From IMG/VR virus record IMGVR_UViG_3300029915_000003: a stretch of 64,000 bases of DNA. One strand, given 5' to 3'. The translations under genes were made by a program, and so were the position numbers. Every line of letters begins with the position of its first letter. Position 1 is the stretch's first letter. Source of the stretch: a virus. Below, piece after piece: positions 58,822 to 64,000 of this stretch. The notes under the pieces are model-generated. The model saw nothing but the letters and a program-made list of their open reading frames with translations, was not told the DNA's origin and searched no databases.

Positions 58822-59907
58822 TTACTTCGATACGATGCCCAAGTCCAGTTCTTTGATTTTCTTTAAAACATCATTATAAAGGACATTATCGTCACGCAAA
58901 CCTAGTAAAAAGGCTTCCTTACTAGTAAAAGTCTTACCTCCAAATTCATAGGTGCGATTATTTGGGCGATGAATGATATTTTGGTTTACAGATAGGGTGA
59001 AAAGCTCTTCGTGTTGATTAATAATACCCTTCTTGTAATCAAAAAGGAATTCACCGGTACGACCTACGCAAGAACCGTCAGCTGAACTTCCCTTCATAGT
59101 AACTTTGATTTTATGACCAGTTAAAATGGGCTTTTCATTAAAGTCCAAACGAGTATCATCTTCAAACTTATTCCCTAATTCATCAACCTTACCGTCTGCA
59201 TTCATAAGTCTCTGAACATGCATAAAGTACTCAGCATAGTGTTGGACGCCCCAGCTAGCAGACATCTTGGTTGTGTTTCCACGCATACGTTCAACTTGGT
59301 CCAGTTCGGCCCTAACGTGGGCTGTGGCAATAACAGCAAACTTGTATTTACGTTGAACAGGAAGTATGCGCTTGAAGCCTTCTTGTAGGGTCTGGGCTAC
59401 ATCACCAATGGTCATATCCATAATAGACTCATTATTTAAACCTCTGCGTCCTTGAATTTGAGTGATAGAGTCTATAATAATAAGTTTAATCGGCGCGCCC
59501 TCTTCGCATTGTTCAGCTATATTATGCTCAATAGTATCAAATATAGAAGGAGAATTGGTTTGGATAGTGCGAATACGGTCCGGATCTATTCCAAACAGCT
59601 TATTGGCTTGTTCTGTATCATCCTGGCCTCCCTGTAGACCTTCTCTGAACTCAGTGTCGAACTTAATAACCAAAGCTTCCGGATCGTATTTATGAAGGTG
59701 ACCTGCAAAGTAATTACTTAAAACACTTTTTCCACACTTTGGAGGACCATACATAATAAGGCTATAAGCAAGAGGTAAGCCGTGAGACTTCCCAAAAGTA
59801 TAATTTACACTAGGTGAAGGAGTTTCGATTGTATGAGCAAATGGGTTATAGTTCTTTTGCATTACACCGTCCCATTTGTCTATTTTTGCCATCCATTTAT
59901 TAGCCAT
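58822..59907 (-). CDS. RecA/UvsX-like recombinase
   Basis: GLP, YGPPKCGKS, FDTE, IIIDSI, G.VA. Confidence 0.9.
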   Translation of the reverse strand: MANKWMAKIDKWDGVMQKNYNPFAHTIETPSPSVNYTFGKSHGLPLAYSLIMYGPPKCGKSVLSNYFAGHLHKYDPEALVIKFDTEFREGLQGGQDDTEQANKLFGIDPDRIRTIQTNSPSIFDTIEHNIAEQCEEGAPIKLIIIDSITQIQGRRGLNNESIMDMTIGDVAQTLQEGFKRILPVQRKYKFAVIATAHVRAELDQVERMRGNTTKMSASWGVQHYAEYFMHVQRLMNADGKVDELGNKFEDDTRLDFNEKPILTGHKIKVTMKGSSADGSCVGRTGEFLFDYKKGIINQHEELFTLSVNQNIIHRPNNRTYEFGGKTFTSKEAFLLGLRDDNVLYNDVLKKIKELDLGIVSK

Positions 59908-60474
59908 TTATTTAATATCTCCAAAATACGTATCTACTCTTGCTTTACTATTAAAACCAAGCCGACGATTAGCCTCATCGGCACCATTTAATTCAGATTG
60001 ACGATTATTTAGGTTAGGATTATGCTCACCAATCTGCTTCTTGGCTCCAGTATAGCCCATCTCTAAAGACTTTAAATGATGCTTTAGGAGTTCTTGAAGA
60101 GCCGCCAATTGCTCTACTACGTCCTTAATTTGAACGTAGTCAGAATCAGTCTCCATCATTGCGTCTATATTACTTTTAGTGTCTTTGAGGTGCTTTTCCT
60201 TTAGTTTAGTAGGTATTTCATCCAAAACAAGGATACTCTTACGCTTGTTAAGAGCAGCAACAGCATTGATTTCTTCCAAGCGAACAACATTTAAATATTT
60301 TCCTAATACCAAATAAGCCTTATTAAAAGTACTCATTAGCTCGGGTGCTTTCATTGGGCTTAGGCTTCCAACCTCAGATATGCGACCCAAAACTTCGTAT
60401 ACATGGGTTAGATCAACCTCTAGACCATCTGTTCTTCCAGGTAGGGTTGGGATTTTTACTATTAAGTTTGACAT
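59908..60474 (-). CDS. UvsY-like recombination mediator (putative)
   Basis: Helical, T...ID.....D.DY pattern; between SSB and RecA. Confidence 0.45.
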   Translation of the reverse strand: MSNLIVKIPTLPGRTDGLEVDLTHVYEVLGRISEVGSLSPMKAPELMSTFNKAYLVLGKYLNVVRLEEINAVAALNKRKSILVLDEIPTKLKEKHLKDTKSNIDAMMETDSDYVQIKDVVEQLAALQELLKHHLKSLEMGYTGAKKQIGEHNPNLNNRQSELNGADEANRRLGFNSKARVDTYFGDIK

Positions 60475-60492
60475 AATTTAGATTTATAAAAG

Positions 60493-60643
60493 CTCCCTCT
60501 TGTGAAAAATAGCGTTCAGTCCTAACCCATGGTGGAATTCGTTTACTACTTATCCACATCTCCGGGCCATCCTCCAGGGATACCCGGTATTTTGATTAAA
60601 ATAGGAGTCGGTTCCAGCCCGGTTATTTTCCAACAAGAGAGAG
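60493..60643 (-). ncRNA. putative structured non-coding RNA
   Basis: Ends pair over ~20 bp (CUCUCUCUUG-U-UGGAAAAUA / UAUUUUUCA-CAAGAGGGAG) and enclose three hairpins; G-U pairs favour the minus strand; U-tract follows. Confidence 0.6.
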
Positions 60644-60696
60644 AAGTATAGTAACATCTATAATACTGCGTTATATTACCTCACCACAACTACATT

Positions 60697-61773
60697 TTAC
60701 TGACTTAGGTGATCCATTAGTTCTTGTTCGGTAGGGGTAGCTACCGTGACTGATTTGTGTTTAGTGGCTGCCCGTAGGTAGTCCAACCCGCTGTCCTCCG
60801 AAGCAACAGGAGCTACGGTACGCTTTACCTCGACAACCCCAGGAGCGGTCGGTTTGGCCTGATTGACTTCGCCTGGAGCTAGCTCTATGACATTATGCAG
60901 GGTAGTTTGGGCTGCATCCATGATTGTATCTACTAGTTCTAGGTTCCCCTCACCATTATCAACCAATTGTTGAATTTGAACTTCCGTTAATACCGGTGTA
61001 GCGTGGGCATGATTTAGATCCATGCAGAAACGGCTGATCTTCTCAACATCGTCTTGGACCAGAGGAGCCTTTACGCGCTTCTGGAGAGCCTCTCCGTCAA
61101 CATTGACTTCAACGCTGTAAGGTTTGGCTGAATATACAGTCTTACCAGAAGAATCAACTCCCCGACTAAACTCAAAGAAGCAACCTTCCTTGGGGCTAAT
61201 GGTCTTCTCTTCGCCCATCTTATCGATGCAATCCTTTACATCGTTATAGGCCCCAGCCCCAATGCACATATTTCCAAAGGTTCCGTCTAGGTACTTAACA
61301 GCGATATAGTACTTGCGATCACAGTTGAAGTTGCGAATCCAAGCTGATAGGTTAACCCAACGGGCATCGGCCTTCTTGGCGACTTTGATTTGTTCCTTGC
61401 TGGGATTTGCCCCTAGGCTGTTCTCAATGTCACTCTCTAGCTTCTTGAGGGTGTTGGATTGTTCCTCAAACGAGGTGCATTGAGGGCAGTTTTGGGTAAC
61501 CATCTTGGTCTTCCAGTCTCTTTCTTCAATGCAAAGAAACGGAGCGATCCAGGGAGAACCATTTACGTCCTTTTTGTTGGTACGCTTGAAGCCCCAATGG
61601 ACGCCATGGCGCTTGGCCCAGCGACCAATACTCCTATTGCTCTTAAAGGGTGGAACGACCCTGGCAACTACCGTTTCGCCTTCTTTTAGCTTACGGGCAC
61701 TAAGATAAGTGCGCTTTGAAAGGGTTTCATTTTTACCAGCTACTCCAAATACATCATCGAAATTATTGTCCAT
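60697..61773 (-). CDS. single-stranded DNA-binding protein (T4 gp32-like)
   Basis: R.VPP, H, C..NCPQC, YY..V, ISP.EG..F..R..T.Y; acidic tail; ATG at 61773. Confidence 0.7.
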   Translation of the reverse strand: MDNNFDDVFGVAGKNETLSKRTYLSARKLKEGETVVARVVPPFKSNRSIGRWAKRHGVHWGFKRTNKKDVNGSPWIAPFLCIEERDWKTKMVTQNCPQCTSFEEQSNTLKKLESDIENSLGANPSKEQIKVAKKADARWVNLSAWIRNFNCDRKYYIAVKYLDGTFGNMCIGAGAYNDVKDCIDKMGEEKTISPKEGCFFEFSRGVDSSGKTVYSAKPYSVEVNVDGEALQKRVKAPLVQDDVEKISRFCMDLNHAHATPVLTEVQIQQLVDNGEGNLELVDTIMDAAQTTLHNVIELAPGEVNQAKPTAPGVVEVKRTVAPVASEDSGLDYLRAATKHKSVTVATPTEQELMDHLSQ

Positions 61774-62488
61774 TTTTGTTTTTCCTCTTTGACTTGTTGC
61801 TGCTTTTTGGGGACGACATGTCCACTTGGTTTTCAGTGCTAGGTTCAATATTAGGACTCTGTTCGGTCCCAATTGACTTCGTGTAAGTACCCGAAAACAT
61901 ACGGGAAATTGTACTTACTTTATTTGGTTTTACATTTTTAATAACAACATTTGGAAGTGTTTCCTTGGTATCCTTGCGTTCGAATAGCTTATCCAAAATA
62001 GACTTACTTAGGTATCGGTCAGCAAAGTAATCTATATGGGCTTTTTCAAATAGCTCTTTAAGGTGTACTGGTAGTCCTTGAGCGTCTGTTGCAACCGCAA
62101 ATAAACGACTATAATCAATAGCATCGAACTCCATTATACCTAACTCTAGCGCGTTTTCAAGCATAAAATTACGCATGTGAGCTATATTGTTTACATCAAA
62201 ACGTCCCTTAACGAAGTTAGGAATAGACTTACCCATATCGACGTAAAACTGATTTGCATCAAACACCAGCGTATCTACCGAAGGCTCTACATCATCGGCA
62301 AATACAGGCGTAACCGCCTTAGCAATGAGACCACCGTATGAAGAACGTAAGTTCTTTAGCTCTTCCACAGATTGGTTCTTACGCATGGTCCAAGCCGCAC
62401 GAACGTTCAAGGGAACCTCATCCACATTCATAGTGCTGGCCTTGACAGCCAATTTGGCCTTGTCTACGATAATATCTATTTTATCCAT
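61763..62488 (-). CDS. hypothetical protein
   Basis: 241-aa ORF with SD AAGGA. Confidence 0.6.
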   Translation of the reverse strand: MDKIDIIVDKAKLAVKASTMNVDEVPLNVRAAWTMRKNQSVEELKNLRSSYGGLIAKAVTPVFADDVEPSVDTLVFDANQFYVDMGKSIPNFVKGRFDVNNIAHMRNFMLENALELGIMEFDAIDYSRLFAVATDAQGLPVHLKELFEKAHIDYFADRYLSKSILDKLFERKDTKETLPNVVIKNVKPNKVSTISRMFSGTYTKSIGTEQSPNIEPSTENQVDMSSPKSSNKSKRKNKNGQ

Positions 62489-62511
62489 TATTAGATTTTC
62501 CTTTAAACTAT

Positions 62512-62721
62512 TTACGTAACCACTTGAAATAACTTAGCGAATGCAGTTTGGTCCAATACTTGAACAATACCAGTTTCATGGTCCCTGACAACCCAGTCGC
62601 CAGGATTGGCGTTAAGTGCAAAACCAAAGGGGGTTTCGACTTGAATATAATCATCAACTTGATACGCTATTGCCGGTGTAGGTTGATGTACCACCTGTAA
62701 ATATACGATTTCTTTAGCCAT
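62512..62721 (-). CDS. small PGDYG-like phage protein
   Basis: VETPFG..ANPGDWVV..F...F. Confidence 0.5.
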   Translation of the reverse strand: MAKEIVYLQVVHQPTPAIAYQVDDYIQVETPFGFALNANPGDWVVRDHETGIVQVLDQTAFAKLFQVVT

Positions 62722-63127
62722 TTTTATTCTTCCTTTTTACCTTCAGCACGTCCGCTAGATTAAGAAGAGGAAACACAAGACGATCTGCTTGATTTTCGTC
62801 GTAATAAGCATGATCATTCGCCTCCATTACAAGGTCGGCAGCGGTTTCAAATGAAGTCGGATTGCGACTCCAAGGCATTTGTTCGTCATGAAGGTAGTTA
62901 GCTTCCCACTTGACGTGACCAAGAGCGCAGCTTGGGCCAATGATCTTATCTTTTGAATCAACATTCAATAAATCATTAAATGAATAAAATGTATTATTTG
63001 AAACAATAGGTTCCTTTTTGAATTCCTGTCCAATGTCAAAATGCTTTACTTCCCCACTTGCACATTTTAACGCTAGATTGCGCGCTGCTCGTGCCATTCG
63101 TGTACGGATCTTATCTTGTGTAGCCAT
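62714..63127 (-). CDS. hypothetical protein
   Basis: 137 aa, SCALGH..AND; own promoter. Confidence 0.6.
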   Translation of the reverse strand: MATQDKIRTRMARAARNLALKCASGEVKHFDIGQEFKKEPIVSNNTFYSFNDLLNVDSKDKIIGPSCALGHVKWEANYLHDEQMPWSRNPTSFETAADLVMEANDHAYYDENQADRLVFPLLNLADVLKVKRKNKNG

Positions 63128-63326
63128 TTTTTATTCTTCCTTTTGGGTTATAGGTTCTCTTATTACATTGATTAAAAACTTAACAACAAGATACACTAAA
63201 AAAACTTACTTGTCAAGCAAGACGGGTGGATTTTAAATAATTTGCAGCATTAACACAAAATTATCAATATCTTCCATTTTTTATTCTTCCTTTTGGGTTA
63301 TAGGTTCTCTTATTACATTGATTAAA
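63124..63326. repeat. exact 53-bp direct repeat (63124-63176, 63274-63326)
   Basis: CCATTTTTTATTCTTCCTTTTGGGTTATAGGTTCTCTTATTACATTGATTAAA occurs twice. Confidence 0.95.
63188..63216 (-). promoter_or_regulatory. sigma70 promoter TTGACA-17-TATCTT
   Basis: Near-consensus; lies between the two 53-bp repeats. Confidence 0.75.
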
Positions 63327-64000
63327 TCAAGTGAAGGATCTTTCCCCTTCTTTGATTTAGTTAAAACAGCAATAACTATACAGCCTGTCAAGTCTTTTTT
63401 GAAGGAAGATATTAACTCTCCTGTATTGTAATCTGGCCACTTTACCACTTTAATTTGTTGTCCAGCTACATCCAATACATACTCCGCAGCTTCCTTGGTT
63501 CCATGGTAAGTAAACAACCTATACTCCAAAACAACCGCCGCTACAGCCACTGTTGTCTTATTTGGCAATACGGGTAAATCTTCAAGCATAGACAAATAGG
63601 AGGGGTTAACAAACGGATATCGATCTAGGTAAACATACATCCGTTTTTCTTCATTCCTGGTAACATCCTGGATTTTAGAATCTACCATAATAGGAAGAAC
63701 AGATCCAGCAAAATAAGGCATAAGTTGTTTACGGTACTGGTATCGAGTCAAAGCGTCAAATTTAAGAAACTTTTGTTCTATTGATTTTTGTTTAGATCCA
63801 GTAATTAATGCTTTTTCTTGTTCATACAGTTGTAATTTAGACAATATGTCCATATTTTCAGGAAATAGAGAATCAGCAATACCAGATATAATCAAATTAT
63901 AAGCAACCTTGCGATTTATAGCAGAGTGAGCTTTTTTAATCTTTGGTGGTTCGTTAGGAGTGGAGAATAGGTCTATTTGTTTGGATTCCTTAACCTCTGG
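63281..64000 (-). CDS. dnaE: DNA polymerase III alpha subunit, C-terminal part (runs off the window)
   Basis: INRKVAYNLIISGIADSL (HhH region), L..EK.L, C-terminal OB-fold. Confidence 0.65.
   Translation of the reverse strand, partial: PEVKESKQIDLFSTPNEPPKIKKAHSAINRKVAYNLIISGIADSLFPENMDILSKLQLYEQEKALITGSKQKSIEQKFLKFDALTRYQYRKQLMPYFAGSVLPIMVDSKIQDVTRNEEKRMYVYLDRYPFVNPSYLSMLEDLPVLPNKTTVAVAAVVLEYRLFTYHGTKEAAEYVLDVAGQQIKVVKWPDYNTGELISSFKKDLTGCIVIAVLTKSKKGKDPSLDLINVIREPITQKEE

Noticed and set aside
60529-60557. tRNA/tmRNA-like 3' end (..UCCACCA on the minus strand)
   Set aside because: No T-loop (UUCGA) or cloverleaf could be built
60550-60558. Perfect DnaA box TTATCCACA (another at 55101-55109) suggesting an origin
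   Set aside because: Single, unclustered copies, one inside a CDS; compatible with chance, and this one forms part of an RNA hairpin arm
1-64000. Stop-codon reassignment as seen in some large phages
   Set aside because: Long genes are intact in code 11, and TAG/TGA end genes at sensible boundaries (7516, 13340, 33066, 51882)

Overview
A 64-kb segment of a large AT-rich tailed phage genome (contractile-tail myovirus, standard genetic code). Capsid, portal and terminase genes are not in the window. From 1 to 51.9 kb (+ strand) lies a late/virion region. It holds an IMPDH/GMP-reductase, a PI3K/HipA-like kinase, probable internal-head and neck proteins, three free-standing homing endonucleases, tail sheath and tube, a membrane/lysis-like cluster, two large signal-peptide repeat proteins, tail chaperones, tape measure, baseplate and tail fibre genes. 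Two reverse-strand inserted cassettes interrupt it. From 51.9 to 64 kb (- strand) lies a replication/early region with peptide deformylase, ClpP, DnaB-like helicase, intein-containing primase, RecA/UvsX, UvsY-like, gp32-like SSB and the DnaE C-terminus. Most notable observations: (i) a recurrent [LMFV]-x-K|[S/A/T/D/G] motif that partitions candidate head proteins into effector modules (lytic transglycosylase, degenerate mCpol, kinase, GNAT-like); (ii) a YAATYTTW late-promoter motif, often 6-9 nt before leaderless ATGs; (iii) a ~150-nt structured intergenic RNA with 6S-like topology; (iv) exported Cys-rich Asn-box propeller and repeat proteins inside the tail operon; (v) an exact 53-bp duplication marking a promoter/gene insertion after dnaE. 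All calls come from motif recognition by eye, and no database searches were run.
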